Notes: generated from the sequence alone by a model not told the origin. Positions 40,907 to 51,464 are shown, counted from the first letter of the stretch. The stretch is 64,000 nt of DNA from an uncultured Actinomycetes bacterium (GCA_963704725.1 OY969934.1:320001-384000), one strand, 5' to 3'. Made by a program: numbers and translations.

Positions 40907-41509
40907 TCAGAACGACCCCGTGACGATCTCGCCGGCCGGCTCGTACGTCCCGATCACGACGCCCGTGGTGGAGACCTTGGTGTCGACGAGTCGCAGCGCG
41001 GCGGGGACGGTGCCCTCCGCGAACAGGCGCTTGCCCGACCCGATCACGACCGGGAAGACCCACAGGCGGAACTCGTCGACGAGGCCTTGGCGCAGGAGCG
41101 TCTGGATCAGGTTCGCGCTGCCGTGCACCTGGAGCTCCGGCCCGTCCTGCTCCTTGAGCCTCGCCAGGCCCTCGGCCGCGTCTCCCTCGATCAGGACGGA
41201 GTTGCTCCACGTCAGCGCCGGGCGACCCCGCGACGAGACGTACTTGGTGGCCTGGTTGAACACCGTGGCGCCGGCTTCGTCCGGAGCGGTCGGCCAGAAC
41301 GCGGCCATGATCTCGTAGGTGCGGCGTCCGAGCACCATGGCGAACGGCGTGCTCGTCGCCTCGCCCATGACCTCGCCCATCAGCTCATCCCAGTAGTTCA
41401 CGGACCAGCCGCCGAGGGTGAAGCCGCCGCTGTCGTCCTCCCCGGGCCCGCCCGGCCCCTGCATGACCCCGTCGAGGCTCAGGAACGTGCTCACGACCAG
41501 CTTCCTCAT
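40907..41509 (-). CDS. Dihydrofolate reductase-like protein
   Basis: [28 protein letters not shown]. Confidence 0.9.
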   Translation of the reverse strand: MRKLVVSTFLSLDGVMQGPGGPGEDDSGGFTLGGWSVNYWDELMGEVMGEATSTPFAMVLGRRTYEIMAAFWPTAPDEAGATVFNQATKYVSSRGRPALTWSNSVLIEGDAAEGLARLKEQDGPELQVHGSANLIQTLLRQGLVDEFRLWVFPVVIGSGKRLFAEGTVPAALRLVDTKVSTTGVVIGTYEPAGEIVTGSF

Positions 41510-41564
41510 GGCGCGTGTCCTTTCGCTCGGATCCCGGCTCCGATTCGAGCCGGCCGAGACTGAA

Positions 41565-41591
41565 GACCGTCCGGCCGAGCGCAACTCATCG
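41565..41591 (-). promoter_or_regulatory. SigG/ECF56-type promoter
   Basis: CGATGA-N18-GTC. Confidence 0.6.
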
Positions 41592-41635
41592 CCGTCCCGG
41601 AGCGCCCGGATCGCTGCTGCCGGGCTGAGATCCCT

Positions 41636-42112
41636 TCAGACCTTCCTGGGCACGTTCCCGGTCGCCGAGAACACGAAGCGCATGATCTTGTGGCCGACGT
41701 CCGCGGTCGGACCGAACATCAGCGGGCACCCCCCGTCGATCACCGTCGCGCCGTGCCGGCGTCCGTACTCCGTCGCCTCGGCGGACACGCTGCCGGGGCC
41801 GGGGCCGCGGTGCATCCACACGTTCGTGATCCCGAGCTCGATGCACTCGCGCATCGTGTTCTCGGTGATCTCGGGGCTGGTCCCGATCACGACGGCCTCG
41901 ACGCCGCCCGGGATCGACTTCAGATCGTGGAAACACGGGTCGCCCTCGACCTCGTCGGCGTTCGGGTTCACCGCGAAGACCTCGTACCCCCGGTCCCGCA
42001 AGCGTCGGTACACGCCGTTGCTCGCGTGCATCTTGGGGGCTCTCGAGACGCCGGTGACCGCGATGCGCCGGTGCTCGAGGAATCCGCACGCCGCGTCCTT
42101 GATGCCCTGCAT
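41636..42112 (-). CDS. CoA-binding protein (YccU-like)
   Basis: IAVTGVSR, VFAVNP, VWMH, GGCPLMF. Confidence 0.85.
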   Translation of the reverse strand: MQGIKDAACGFLEHRRIAVTGVSRAPKMHASNGVYRRLRDRGYEVFAVNPNADEVEGDPCFHDLKSIPGGVEAVVIGTSPEITENTMRECIELGITNVWMHRGPGPGSVSAEATEYGRRHGATVIDGGCPLMFGPTADVGHKIMRFVFSATGNVPRKV

Positions 42113-42199
42113 GTCGCTCCTCCTCGGCGGGGTTGACGGGTTCAGCCTCCCGCGATGCCCGGCCGGCATCCCGGGGCGTTCGACCCTCCTCGCCTGGGC

Positions 42200-42511
42200 T
42201 CAGGCTCTCGAAGGACGCTTCGACGCTCTTCGGCCCCGCGTCGCCCGTTCGCCGTCGCCGGAGGGCGACGGTCCCTGATCCTCGCGCACGACGCGGATCA
42301 GGACCTCGGTCGGGGGCGTGCGGTCGTTGCCTCTCGACAGGAGCCTCCGGAGCACGATCGCGCCGCCCATCGTCCCGGCGAGCATCCCGACGATCGCCTT
42401 GCCGGAGCGCAGCGGCGCCGGCATCCGCTCCTCGAGCTCCCGCAGGTCCGTCTCCAGGCGTTGGCGCGTCTGTTCGATCTCGGTCACCTTGCGAGCTGCC
42501 GCTTCGCCCAT
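42200..42511 (-). CDS. DUF3618-like small protein
   Basis: EIEQTRQRLETDLRELEER followed by a TM helix. Confidence 0.6.
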   Translation of the reverse strand: MGEAAARKVTEIEQTRQRLETDLRELEERMPAPLRSGKAIVGMLAGTMGGAIVLRRLLSRGNDRTPPTEVLIRVVREDQGPSPSGDGERATRGRRASKRPSRA

Positions 42512-42885
42512 CGGGCGTCCTCCTTCAGGGATTCCATCGTCCGCTCGGGCTTCGGGGCGGTTCGGATCGCGCGACGGCCGATGAGGACCAGCGCTGCGGC
42601 GGCCACGCCGAACACCGCCGCCACGATGAGGTGCGCGGTCCACGTCGGCATCACGAGGTCGAGCGCGGCCGAACCCGAGAACCCCACGAACACGAGCGCG
42701 AACAGCCCCACCACGCCTGCCGCGCCCATCATGCCGGCGCCCATCCCGCGGGCGCCCACGGCCTCACCCGCCTCGATCTTGGCGAGCTCGACCTGCTGGC
42801 GGATCAACGTCCGCACGCCGTCGACGATCGACGACACGACGACGCCGATCGGCCGTCTCCCGTCGCCTCCGATCACTTCGCTCAT
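42484..42885 (-). CDS. YqjE/DUF1469 ('holin-X') family membrane protein
   Basis: LIRQQVELAKIE..two TM helices..PERTMESLKED. Confidence 0.8.
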   Translation of the reverse strand: MSEVIGGDGRRPIGVVVSSIVDGVRTLIRQQVELAKIEAGEAVGARGMGAGMMGAAGVVGLFALVFVGFSGSAALDLVMPTWTAHLIVAAVFGVAAAALVLIGRRAIRTAPKPERTMESLKEDARWAKRQLAR

Positions 42886-42921
42886 CCGATCCTCCTCTGT
42901 GCTGACGACCACATGATGCTC

Positions 42922-42958
42922 TGTCAGACCCGAGGAGTAGCATCCGAACATGTGTTCG
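42922..42958 (+). promoter_or_regulatory. PafBC (RecA-NDp)-type promoter plus LexA SOS box
   Basis: TGTCAG-N10-TAgcaT (42922-42943); CGAAC-ATGT-GTTCG (42945-42958) covering the ATG. Confidence 0.8.
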
Positions 42959-44120
42959 CCGGGTTTGGACGTGCGCTCGCTGTCCGATACCGAGCTCAGG
43001 CTGCACCTGGATCGGGTCGAGCGCTCGGCTCGCGCGATCGAGGCGGATCGCGCGCAGTGTCTCGCCGAGATCGAGCGCCGAGGCGTCCACGCGGCGGATG
43101 GCCAGCTCTCGGCCGCGGCGTGGGTCGCGCGACGGCACGGTCTGTCGCAGGGCGCGGCCGAGGCGCAGGTGCGCACGGCCCGGGCGCTGGGGGACATGCC
43201 GCTCGTGGCCGAGGCCCGTCGCGAGGTGAGATCTCGACCGCCGCCACGGACGCGTTGGTCCGCGCGCGAGATGCGGCGCCGGAGGCGTTCGCTCGCGTGG
43301 AAGGGAGCTTGGTCGAGTCCGCTCGGTCGCTTCCGCACCGGGACCTTCGAGCCGAGCTCGAACGGTGGCGGCTGGAGGTCGACGCCGATCGGGCGGCCCG
43401 GGACGAGCAGGAGCGGTTCGCACGCCGGCGGTTCACGGCCGTCGTGGCCTCAGGCGGCATGGTCCGCACGGACGGAGAGCTCGACCCGAGAACGGTCAGT
43501 ACCTCATCACCGCCCTTCGCGCCAAGGTCGACGCCTGGGCTCGCGGGCGGACCGAGGACCTGCGGACCCCGGCTCAGCGTCGCGCCGACGCGCTCGGCGA
43601 GATCTGCCGCGAGTGGCTCGACCTGGCCGAACGCCCCGGCCTCGGTGGCGAGCGCCCCCACGTGGTGGTGACGATGGATCTGGGGGCGCTCCAGGCTCGC
43701 GCGGGCGGCCGGGCGTCGCTCGAAGACGTCGGCCCGGTCACCGCCGAGGCGGCCCGACGCCTGGCGTGCGACGCCTCGGTCACTCGAGTGGTCACCGACA
43801 CGCGCTCGGTGCCGCTCGAGGTCGGACGAACCACCAAGGTCGTCTCCCCGTCCCTTCGTCGGGCGCTGGCGGTCCGCGACGGTGGGTGCGCGTTCCCCGG
43901 GTGCGAACGACCACCTGGGTGGTGTGACGCCCACCTTGCGAACCACTGGGCCGACGGGGGCGAGACCGGCCTGTCGAACCTCGTGCTCCTGTGCCGGCCG
44001 CACCACCGGGTGATCCATCGAGGGTTCGGCGTGGCGATGGTCGACGGCCTGCCGGTGTTCCGGCGACCCGACGGCACCCCGCTCGAGGGCCGCAGCCCGC
44101 CGCGGGCGGTGGTCGCCTGA
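42950..44120 (+). CDS. DUF222 (REP13E12-like) HNH protein, two frameshifts (near 43225 and 43488)
   Basis: AQRRADAL, RRLACDA, RALAVRDGGCAFPGC..HWADGGETGLSNLVLLCRPHH. Confidence 0.85.
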
Positions 44121-44152
44121 CCCGCGTGGCGGTACGAGCTGAGGGGCCGGGA

Positions 44153-44592
44153 TCAGTCCTTCTCGAGCAACGCCTTGAGGCGGGCCAGGTCGCCACGGTT
44201 CGCCCGTCGTATCGCGGCCTCGAGCACGGGACCGGCCACCCGCATCACGCCGCCGGGCTCGCCCCGGTTGCGGAGCGTCATGAGGGTGCCGCCGCCGGGG
44301 GCGTCGGCCCACGTGACGTGGTCTCCATCGCGAACGGACCGGACGTCGTGCCCTGGACGAGAAGCTCCAGCGGCTCGAGCTCGAGGATCTCGTACGTGTA
44401 CTCGAGGGTCCGGCCCAGGAACCGGGCGCGGAACCGGACCCTCGATCCGACGGCCAGCGGCGGCGGGGTCTCCCACGTCACCGCCGTGATGTTGCGCTAC
44501 CACGTCGTCGCGTTCGACGGGTCGGCCGCGAACCCCGCCACCTCGGCGCGCGGCCGGGCGATCTCGATCCGCGTGACGACGTCGACGCCCAT
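44153..44592 (-). CDS. SRPBCC family protein (frameshifted)
   Basis: DPSNATTW / WETPPPLAVGSR..FLGRTLEYTYE..GPFAMETT / MTLRNRGEP..RRANRGDLARLK. Confidence 0.8.
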
Positions 44593-44744
44593 TACGCCTC
44601 GTACGGCTTGAGCTGCGCCACGACCTGCTCGGGCGTGACGTCCATCCCGTGCTTCGCCTTGCCGTGAGCCTGCACCACCGGCACGAGGTCCTCCTCGGTG
44701 CCGCGGGCGTAGAACCCGCACTCGCACTGCACTTCCTTGATCAT
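44592..44744 (-). CDS. DUF1059 small metal-binding protein (50 aa, not in ORF track)
   Basis: MIKEVQCECGFYARGTEEDLVPVVQAHGKAKHGMDVTPEQVVAQLKPYEA; RBS AAGGAGG. Confidence 0.8.
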   Translation of the reverse strand: MIKEVQCECGFYARGTEEDLVPVVQAHGKAKHGMDVTPEQVVAQLKPYEA

Positions 44745-44768
44745 CGGACCACCTCCTTCGGCTGCCGG

Positions 44769-44811
44769 ATACTACGGGCGGTCGGTTGGCCGAACGTTGG
44801 AGGACGCTTGA
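44769..44811 (-). promoter_or_regulatory. SARP-type direct repeats and -10 element
   Basis: TCAAG/CCAAC/CCAAC at 11-bp period, then TAGTAT. Confidence 0.5.
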
Positions 44812-45569
44812 CGCTCCGGGTGTACCTCGCCGGCAACGTCGCCGTCGAGCACGGGGACGCGCTCGTGCCCGAGAGGCGCCTTCCCGGACGGCAGGGCCGG
44901 CTCACCCTGGCCGTGCTGACGTGGGAGCGGGCCCGGGCGGTCTCGGTCGACGAGCTCGCCGACGTCGTGTGGGACGGCGCTCCGCCGGCCGCGTGGCAGA
45001 CGGCGCTGCGTGCCCTGGTCAGCAAGCTCCGCGCCGCGCTCGACGAGGCCGGGGCCGGCGCGAGCATCGAGCACGCGTTCGGCTGCTATCAGCTCCGGCT
45101 GCCGGCGGACGCCTGGGTCGACGTCGAGGCCGCGACTGCCGCCGTCCACGAGGCGGAGGCCGCCCTCCACCAAGGCGACCTCCAGGCCGCGAACGGGGCC
45201 GCGCTCGTCGCCAACGCCATAGCCCGCCGGCCGTTCCTGCCCGGGGACGCCGGGGAGTGGGTGGAGCGGCGGCGAGAGCACCTCCGGCAGGTGCGCATCC
45301 GCGCCCTCGAGGTGCGGGGCCGGGTCGCCCTGGCCAACCACGATCCGGCCGGCGCGGCCACCGACGCGGGGCTCGTGGTCGAGCTCGAGCCCTACCGCGA
45401 GACCGGCCACGTCCTGCTCATGCGCGCCCACGCGGCTGCCGGGAACCCGGCGCAGGCCCTCGCGGCGTTCGAGCGGCTGCGGACCACCCTGGCGGACGAG
45501 CTCGGCGCGTCCCCATCACCGGAGACCGAGGCGGCGTTCCTGGAGATCCTCGGTCGGGGACCCCGCTGA
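44808..45569 (+). CDS. SARP family regulator (wHTH + BTAD)
   Basis: [41 protein letters not shown]; TTG start after GGAGG. Confidence 0.88.
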   Translation: MTLRVYLAGNVAVEHGDALVPERRLPGRQGRLTLAVLTWERARAVSVDELADVVWDGAPPAAWQTALRALVSKLRAALDEAGAGASIEHAFGCYQLRLPADAWVDVEAATAAVHEAEAALHQGDLQAANGAALVANAIARRPFLPGDAGEWVERRREHLRQVRIRALEVRGRVALANHDPAGAATDAGLVVELEPYRETGHVLLMRAHAAAGNPAQALAAFERLRTTLADELGASPSPETEAAFLEILGRGPR

Positions 45570-45614
45570 GTCGCGCGATTCAAGGCGCGGGCCGAGGCTC
45601 CCGACCTCTCTGAT

Positions 45615-46343
45615 ATGTGGTTCACGCTCGCCCTCATCGTCGTGGTGCTGGTCGTCGGCGGGTGGCGGCTTCGCCGAAGCCTGTCGCGCCAGCGCAAGCT
45701 CATGCTCCTGTGCCGGCGGGCGGGCCTGGACTTCACGCCCCTCGACCTGTTCGAGACCACGGCGTGGCTCCCGTTCCCGATGTTCGGCCGGCCGAGCCAC
45801 GGGACCGAGAACGTGGTCTGGGAGCGGCAGCGGGGTCTCGACATCCGGGCGTTCGACTTCTGGTACGAGGACCCCTCGGAGGATCGCCCGGTCGGGCCGC
45901 GGCACCGGCTGACCTGCGCCGTGGTGCCCCTCGGGACCTCGGGCCGGCGGCTCCGGGTCGAGCCGCGGGACCTCGACGACGAGGTGCGGGACCTCCTCGG
46001 TCTGCACGAGATCGAGCTCGAGCTCGAGACGTTCAACCGCCGGTTCGCCGTCAACGCCGAGGACGAGCGGTTCGCCGTCGCCTTCCTCGAGCAGCGGATG
46101 ATGGAGGGGATCCTGGCCCTCCCCGACGGCGTCGGCCTCGAGGTGAACGAGGACGTCATCCTGCTCTCGGCTCCCGAGCTCCCCGCGGCGCAGGTCCTCC
46201 GCCTGTACGACGCCGCCGTGGCCATCCACGAGCGGATCCCGCACTCGCTCCCGAGCCTGTTCCCGCCGAGGCCGGTCGAGGGGCCGCACGAGGATCGCTG
46301 GCTCCAGGGCCACTGGAGCCCCGAGCCGATCGACGGCGTCTGA
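45615..46343 (+). CDS. Membrane-anchored hypothetical protein
   Basis: N-terminal TM helix; [19 protein letters not shown]. Confidence 0.75.
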   Translation: MWFTLALIVVVLVVGGWRLRRSLSRQRKLMLLCRRAGLDFTPLDLFETTAWLPFPMFGRPSHGTENVVWERQRGLDIRAFDFWYEDPSEDRPVGPRHRLTCAVVPLGTSGRRLRVEPRDLDDEVRDLLGLHEIELELETFNRRFAVNAEDERFAVAFLEQRMMEGILALPDGVGLEVNEDVILLSAPELPAAQVLRLYDAAVAIHERIPHSLPSLFPPRPVEGPHEDRWLQGHWSPEPIDGV

Positions 46344-46408
46344 GCCCTGAAGGAGACCGGCCACACGCGGGGAAGCTCGTCATCGCGATGTGAGAGGGTT
46401 GGAACCTC

Positions 46409-46897
46409 ATGGACCGCACCGCGATCGAGGAGCTGTTCACGTTCACCGACCACGCCTGGCGACAGTACGAGGAGCTGCTTCGTCCGCTCGGCGACGAGGT
46501 GCTCACGCGCCCGGCGCCCGGCTCCGGCTGGCCGGCGCTCCGTGACGCCCTGTCCCACATGACGTGGGCGTACGTCCGCTGGCTGGGCGATCCGACCGGA
46601 ACGAGCGGCCGGCCCGAGGTGCGCCTGTCCTCGTGGGACGAGCTCGAGGACTACCGGCGCCGCGTCCGCGGCAACATGCGCGAGTACCTCGACTCGCTCG
46701 GTGAGGACGAGCTCATGACGCCGCGCGAGATGAACGTCGACGGCGACCCGCTGGTCTACAGCCCGGCCGAGATCTTCGCGCACGTCATGCTCCACGAGCG
46801 CCAGCACCACGGGGACGTGAACACGCTCATGTACCAGCTCGGCCTGGAGGTCCCGGTCGTGGAGTTCCGGTTCTCGCTGCGGGGACGCGGGCTGTAG
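46409..46897 (+). CDS. DinB family protein
   Basis: [19 protein letters not shown]. Confidence 0.85.
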   Translation: MDRTAIEELFTFTDHAWRQYEELLRPLGDEVLTRPAPGSGWPALRDALSHMTWAYVRWLGDPTGTSGRPEVRLSSWDELEDYRRRVRGNMREYLDSLGEDELMTPREMNVDGDPLVYSPAEIFAHVMLHERQHHGDVNTLMYQLGLEVPVVEFRFSLRGRGL

Positions 46898-46900
46898 CCG

Positions 46901-47458
46901 GTGGAGACGTACGTCGCGCTGCTCCGCGGGATCAACGTGGGCGGCAAGAACCTCATCAAGATGCCCGCCCTGAAGGCCTGCTTCGAGACCGGCGGGTTCG
47001 AGGACGTGACCACCTACATCCAGAGCGGCAACGTGATCTTCCGCTCCGCCCGCTCGGCGTCCGCGGCGATGACCCGCCGGATCGAGGAGATGCTCACCGC
47101 GACCTTCGGCCACTACACGGCGAGCGTGGTGCTCCGCACCCGCGCCCAGATGCGCGCCGTCGTGAACGGGGCGCCGAAGGGGTTCGGCTCGGAGCCGGCC
47201 GAGTACCGATACAACGTCATCTTCTTGAAGGAGCCCGTCACGGCCCGCGCCGCCCTGAAGGCCGTCCCGACGAGGGAGGGCGTCGATGCGGCGCACGCGG
47301 GAACGGGCGTCCTCTACTTCTCGAACCTCATGAGCCGGGCCTCCCAGAGTCGGCTCAGCAAGCTCGTCTCGCTCCCGATCTACCAGAGCATGACGATCCG
47401 CAACTGGAACACCACGACGAAGCTGCTCGCGATGATGGACGGGCGCGTCGCGGTCTAG
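46901..47458 (+). CDS. DUF1697 family protein
   Basis: [27 protein letters not shown]. Confidence 0.9.
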   Translation: METYVALLRGINVGGKNLIKMPALKACFETGGFEDVTTYIQSGNVIFRSARSASAAMTRRIEEMLTATFGHYTASVVLRTRAQMRAVVNGAPKGFGSEPAEYRYNVIFLKEPVTARAALKAVPTREGVDAAHAGTGVLYFSNLMSRASQSRLSKLVSLPIYQSMTIRNWNTTTKLLAMMDGRVAV

Positions 47459-48646
47459 GTGGCCGCGCGCTCGAGGAAGGCGCGCTCGGCCGCGTTCCCC
47501 GCTCTCGCGCTCGCCGCCTCGTACGCGGCCCTCGCCTCCTCGTGGCGGCCGAGACGCCGGAGCAGGTCTGCCCGCACCGCGTGGAACACGTGGGAGCGGT
47601 CGAGATCGAGCCCGTCCACGATCCCGAGCGCGGCCTCCGGCCCCTCGACCTCGGCGAGCGCGACCGCGCGGTTCAGCGCGACGACCGGGCTCGGCGCGAC
47701 GGCCGTGAGCCGGTCGTAGAGCGCGAGGACCTGGCGCCAGTCGGTCTCGGCCACGCTCGGCGCCTCCGAATGCACGGCCTGGATCGCCGCCTGGATCTGG
47801 TACGGCCCGGGTCGGTTCCGCCGCAGGCACGCCCGGACGATCGCCTGCCCCTCGGCGATGAGCTCCCGGTCCCACCGGCCGCGGTCCTGATCGCGCAGGA
47901 GCACGAGTTCGCCCTCGGCCGTAACCCGGCTCTCGCGGCGCGACTCGGTGAGGAGCATGAGGGCCAGCAGGCCCATGACCTCGGGCTCGTCGGGCATGAG
48001 CTCGGCCAGGAGGCGGCCCAGGCGGATCGCCTCGGCGCACAGGTCCTCGCGCACCAGCTCGCCGGCCCGAGCTCGCCGCGTACCCCTCGTTGAAGATCAG
48101 GTAGACCACGGCGAGCACGGCCGTCAGCCGGTCGGGGAGATCGCTCTCGTACGGGACCCGGTAGGGGATCCCGGCGTCCCGGATCTTCGCCTTCGCGCGC
48201 ACGAGACGCTGGGCCATCGTGGCCTCGGGCACCAGGAACGCCCGGGCGATCTCGGCCGTGGTCAGCCCGCCGAGGAGCCGGAGCGTGAGCGCGACCCGGG
48301 CCGGCAGCCCGAGCGCGGGGTGGCAGCAGGTGAAGATCAATCGCAGCCGGTCGTCCTGCACGGCGCCCTCCTCCAGCGGCTCGTCCCGCGCGTGGAGCAG
48401 CGCGGCCTGGGCGTGGCGGTCCTCGCGCGAGGACTCGCGGCGCAGGCGGTCGATCGCACGGCGCTTGGCCGTCGTGACGATCCAGCCCTGCGGGCTCGGC
48501 GGGAAGCCGTCGCGGGGCCACCGCTCGGCCGCCACGGCGAACGCCTCCTGCACGGCCTCCTCGGCCACGTCGATGTCGCCGAACGCCCGGATGAGGATCG
48601 CCACCGCCCGCCCGTGCTCGGCGCGGAAGACGCGCTCGATGTTCAC
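47455..48646 (-). CDS. YciI-associated ECF sigma factor with C-terminal TPR extension (frameshift near 48065)
   Basis: [32 protein letters not shown] / [24 protein letters not shown]. Confidence 0.88.
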
Positions 48647-48987
48647 CCGTGCATGAACGGGCGGACCTCGATCGGCAGCCCGATCACCCGCGCCGTCTTG
48701 CGACCCCACTCGAGCGCCGCGTCGAGGTCCGGCGCGTCGATGACGAGGAACCCGCCGACGTGCTCCTTGCCCTCGAGGTACGGGCCGTCGGTGACGAGCA
48801 CCTCCTCGCCATCGGCACGGAGCACGGTCGCCGTGTCCGCCGGGTGGAGGCCGCCGTTGAACACCCAGGCGCCCGCGGCCTTCGCCTCGTCGATCAGGGC
48901 GTCGATGCCGGCCATGACGGCTCCGAGGTCGAGGTCCTCCGGCGGCGGGCCGTCGGGCTGCCAGATCGTGAGCAGGTAGCGCTTCAT
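48643..48987 (-). CDS. YciI (DGPF) family protein
   Basis: [25 protein letters not shown]. Confidence 0.9.
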   Translation of the reverse strand: MKRYLLTIWQPDGPPPEDLDLGAVMAGIDALIDEAKAAGAWVFNGGLHPADTATVLRADGEEVLVTDGPYLEGKEHVGGFLVIDAPDLDAALEWGRKTARVIGLPIEVRPFMHG

Positions 48988-49001
48988 CGGCTGCTCCGAG
49001 G

Positions 49002-49586
49002 CTACTCGCCGGCCCGCTCGTACGTCGCGATGATCACGCCGGTCGTCGTGACCGTGGAGCCGACGAGCTCGAGCTCGGCCGGCGCGCCGCCGTCGGGGAA
49101 CAGCCGCAGTCCCGTTCCCAGCACGAGCGGGTGGATCAGCAGGACGAGCCGGTCCACGAGGCTCCGGCGCATCAGCGACTGGATCAGCTCGCCGCTCCCG
49201 ATCACGACGAGGTCGGTCGTGCGCTTCAGGTCGGCGGCGGCGTCGGCCGCGTCGCCCTTCAGCAGCGTCGAGTTCTCCCAGGGGAGCGGCTCGGCGAGCG
49301 TCCTCGAGGCGACGTACTTCTGGGCGCGGTTCAGGTAGTCGGTGAACGGGTTCGGCTGGGGCGCGTTCGGCCAGACCCGGAAGAACTGCTCGTACGTTCG
49401 GCGGCCGAACAGCATCGCGCCCTCCCGCGCCATGCCCTCGGCCGCGACGCTCCCCATCACCTCGTCGCCGTACCGGCCCTCCCACCCGCCCATCGTGAAC
49501 CCGCCCCGCGTGTCCTCGTCCGGCCGGCCCGGCGCTTGCATGACCCCGTCGAGCGTCAGGTAGGTGAACGTGCTGATCGTCGCCAT
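49002..49586 (-). CDS. Dihydrofolate reductase-like protein
   Basis: [25 protein letters not shown]. Confidence 0.9.
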   Translation of the reverse strand: MATISTFTYLTLDGVMQAPGRPDEDTRGGFTMGGWEGRYGDEVMGSVAAEGMAREGAMLFGRRTYEQFFRVWPNAPQPNPFTDYLNRAQKYVASRTLAEPLPWENSTLLKGDAADAAADLKRTTDLVVIGSGELIQSLMRRSLVDRLVLLIHPLVLGTGLRLFPDGGAPAELELVGSTVTTTGVIIATYERAGE

Positions 49587-49612
49587 CGCCTTCTCCTCTC
49601 TTTCACCTCCTA

Positions 49613-49639
49613 CACGAACGCGCTCGCTCCGGATCGACA
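49613..49639 (-). promoter_or_regulatory. Putative ECF promoter for the DHFR-yciI-sigma operon
   Basis: TGTCGA...CGTTCGT just upstream of the operon. Confidence 0.5.
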
Positions 49640-49644
49640 GCCGC

Positions 49645-49674
49645 TTGACACATACCGATATCGGTATATATCCT
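49645..49674 (+). promoter_or_regulatory. Promoter with ArsR-type palindromic operator
   Basis: TTGACA-18-TATCCT enclosing perfect palindrome ATACCGATATCGGTAT (49652-49667). Confidence 0.8.
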
Positions 49675-49682
49675 CCCGACCG

Positions 49683-50042
49683 ATGGCACGGGCGGCGACC
49701 ACGACGGACGCGTTCAACGCAGTGGCCGAGCCCCGGCGGCGGCAGCTCCTGGACGTCCTCGCCGGCGGGGAGCGGTCGGTGGGTGGGCTGGTCGAGGCGC
49801 TCGGCCTGGGGCAGCCGCAGGTCTCCAAGCACCTGCGGGTCCTGCGAGAGGTGGGACTGGTGGAGGTCCGGGATGAAGGGAGGCGGCGCATCTACCGACT
49901 CAACGGCGTTCCCCTGCGGCCCATCCACGACTGGCTGAAGGGCTACGAGGACACGTGGAACGAGCGGTTCGACCGGCTTGACACGGTGTTGGAGGACCTG
50001 AAGAAGGAGGAAGGACATGGCGGCGGTGACGCACAGCGGTAA
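49683..50042 (+). CDS. ArsR/SmtB family regulator
   Basis: DAFNAVAEPRRRQLL..QPQVSKHLRVLREVGLV. Confidence 0.92.
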   Translation: MARAATTTDAFNAVAEPRRRQLLDVLAGGERSVGGLVEALGLGQPQVSKHLRVLREVGLVEVRDEGRRRIYRLNGVPLRPIHDWLKGYEDTWNERFDRLDTVLEDLKKEEGHGGGDAQR

Positions 50043-50517
50043 GGCCACGGTCGCGCTCCCGGCGGATACGCAGATCCTGATCACGCGGGAGTTCGACGCG
50101 CGCAAGCACCTCGTCTACCGGGCCACCACGGAGCCCGAGCTCGTCAAGCGGTGGTGGAGCGGTCTGCGCGGCGAGGTCACGAGCGCCGAGATCGACCTGC
50201 GCGTCGGCGGCCGGTGGCGGTACGTGATGGTGGCGAAGGAGGGGTTCGAGGTCGCGTTCCACGGCACGTACCGCGAGATCGTCCCGAACGAGCGCATCGT
50301 CTCGACCGAGCTCTACGAGGGCGTTCCCGGCGCGACCGAGGACGACGCCACGGTCAACACCGTCACCTTCACCGAGGTCGACGGCCGCACCACGCTCACG
50401 ACCCTCGTCGAGTGCCGAACGAAGGAGATCCGCGACCTGATCATCGAGTCCGGCATGGAGGGCGGCATGCAGGAGGCCTTCGACAAGCTCGAGGAGCTCG
50501 CCCGCTCGCTGGCCTGA
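50017..50517 (+). CDS. SRPBCC/AHSA1 family protein
   Basis: ITREFDA, IDLRVGGRWRY, SGMEGGM. Confidence 0.9.
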   Translation: MAAVTHSGKATVALPADTQILITREFDARKHLVYRATTEPELVKRWWSGLRGEVTSAEIDLRVGGRWRYVMVAKEGFEVAFHGTYREIVPNERIVSTELYEGVPGATEDDATVNTVTFTEVDGRTTLTTLVECRTKEIRDLIIESGMEGGMQEAFDKLEELARSLA

Positions 50518-50534
50518 GCACCGCTCCGAACGCG

Positions 50535-50570
50535 CACGGGCCACCGGGGACGCGCTCCCGGTGGCCCGTG
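50535..50570. terminator. Hairpin between convergent genes
   Basis: CACGGGCCACCGGG / CCCGGTGGCCCGTG. Confidence 0.65.
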
Positions 50571-50577
50571 GCGTGGC

Positions 50578-50985
50578 TCAGAAGCTCGGCTGCACGATCC
50601 GGATCTGGTTGCCGAACGGGTCGCGGATCGCGAAGTCGGTCCCGTACTCCTGCTCGACGGGCTCCTGCATCACCTCGACGCCCTTGGCCTTGAGGTCCTC
50701 GTACGTCGCGCGGCAGTCGTCCGTGTAGAACCCCACCCAGCCGGCGGCGCCCTTCGTGATCAGCTCGCGGAGCTTCTCGCCGGAGGCCTCGTCCATCGAC
50801 GGCGGCGCCGGACGCTCCAACAGGATGGCGTGGCCCGGCTGGCCGGGCACGACCACGGTCAGCCACCGCATGGGGCCGAAGTTCTGGTCGTCGCGGACCT
50901 CCAGGCCGAGCTTGCCGACGTAGAAGTCGAGCGCCTCGTCCTGGTCGAGCACGTAGATGTTCGAGATCGAGATCGAGGTGAGCAT
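50578..50985 (-). CDS. VOC family protein
   Basis: VLDQDEALDFY, RWLTV, RDPFGN. Confidence 0.9.
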   Translation of the reverse strand: MLTSISISNIYVLDQDEALDFYVGKLGLEVRDDQNFGPMRWLTVVVPGQPGHAILLERPAPPSMDEASGEKLRELITKGAAGWVGFYTDDCRATYEDLKAKGVEVMQEPVEQEYGTDFAIRDPFGNQIRIVQPSF

Positions 50986-51032
50986 GGGGGCTCCTCCTTC
51001 CGTCCGTTCGGTTCCCGTCGATGCCCGGGACC

Positions 51033-51464
51033 TTAGTGGTCGCCGCGGTCGCGGGCTTCTCCGAAACTGCTCGGTCTGGTCCAGGCCATGGCGAAGCACG
51101 TCGGCGCCGCGGGGACCCGTCCCCGAAGCCGGTACGCGCTCGGCGTCTCGCCGACGATCCGGTGGAACGTCCGGCTGAACGTGCCGAGGCTCGCGAACCC
51201 GACCTCCATGCAGATCTCGGTCACGGTGCGCTCGGTGGAGCGCAGGAGGAACATCGCCCGCTCGATCCGACGCCGCTGGAGGTACGTGTGCGGCGTCTCG
51301 CCGAACGTCGCGCGGAAGGTCCGGATGAAGTGCGCCTCCGAGACGTGGGCGATGCGGGCCAGGCTCGGGATGTCGAGGGGGCCGGCGTACGTCCGGTCCA
51401 TCGCGTCCCGAGCGCGGAGCATCCGGCGGTTCGTGTCCTCGACGGCCCTGCCCCACCCGGCCAC
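51033..51464 (-). CDS. AraC-family stand-alone HTH regulator
   Basis: LRARDAMDR, SEAHFIRTF, VGFASLGTFSRTF; start position uncertain. Confidence 0.88.
   Translation of the reverse strand: MAGWGRAVEDTNRRMLRARDAMDRTYAGPLDIPSLARIAHVSEAHFIRTFRATFGETPHTYLQRRRIERAMFLLRSTERTVTEICMEVGFASLGTFSRTFHRIVGETPSAYRLRGRVPAAPTCFAMAWTRPSSFGEARDRGDH

Noticed and set aside
42200-42885. 'Holin' gene as a prophage marker
   Set aside because: The YqjE/DUF1469 + DUF3618 pair is common in chromosomes; no phage genes nearby
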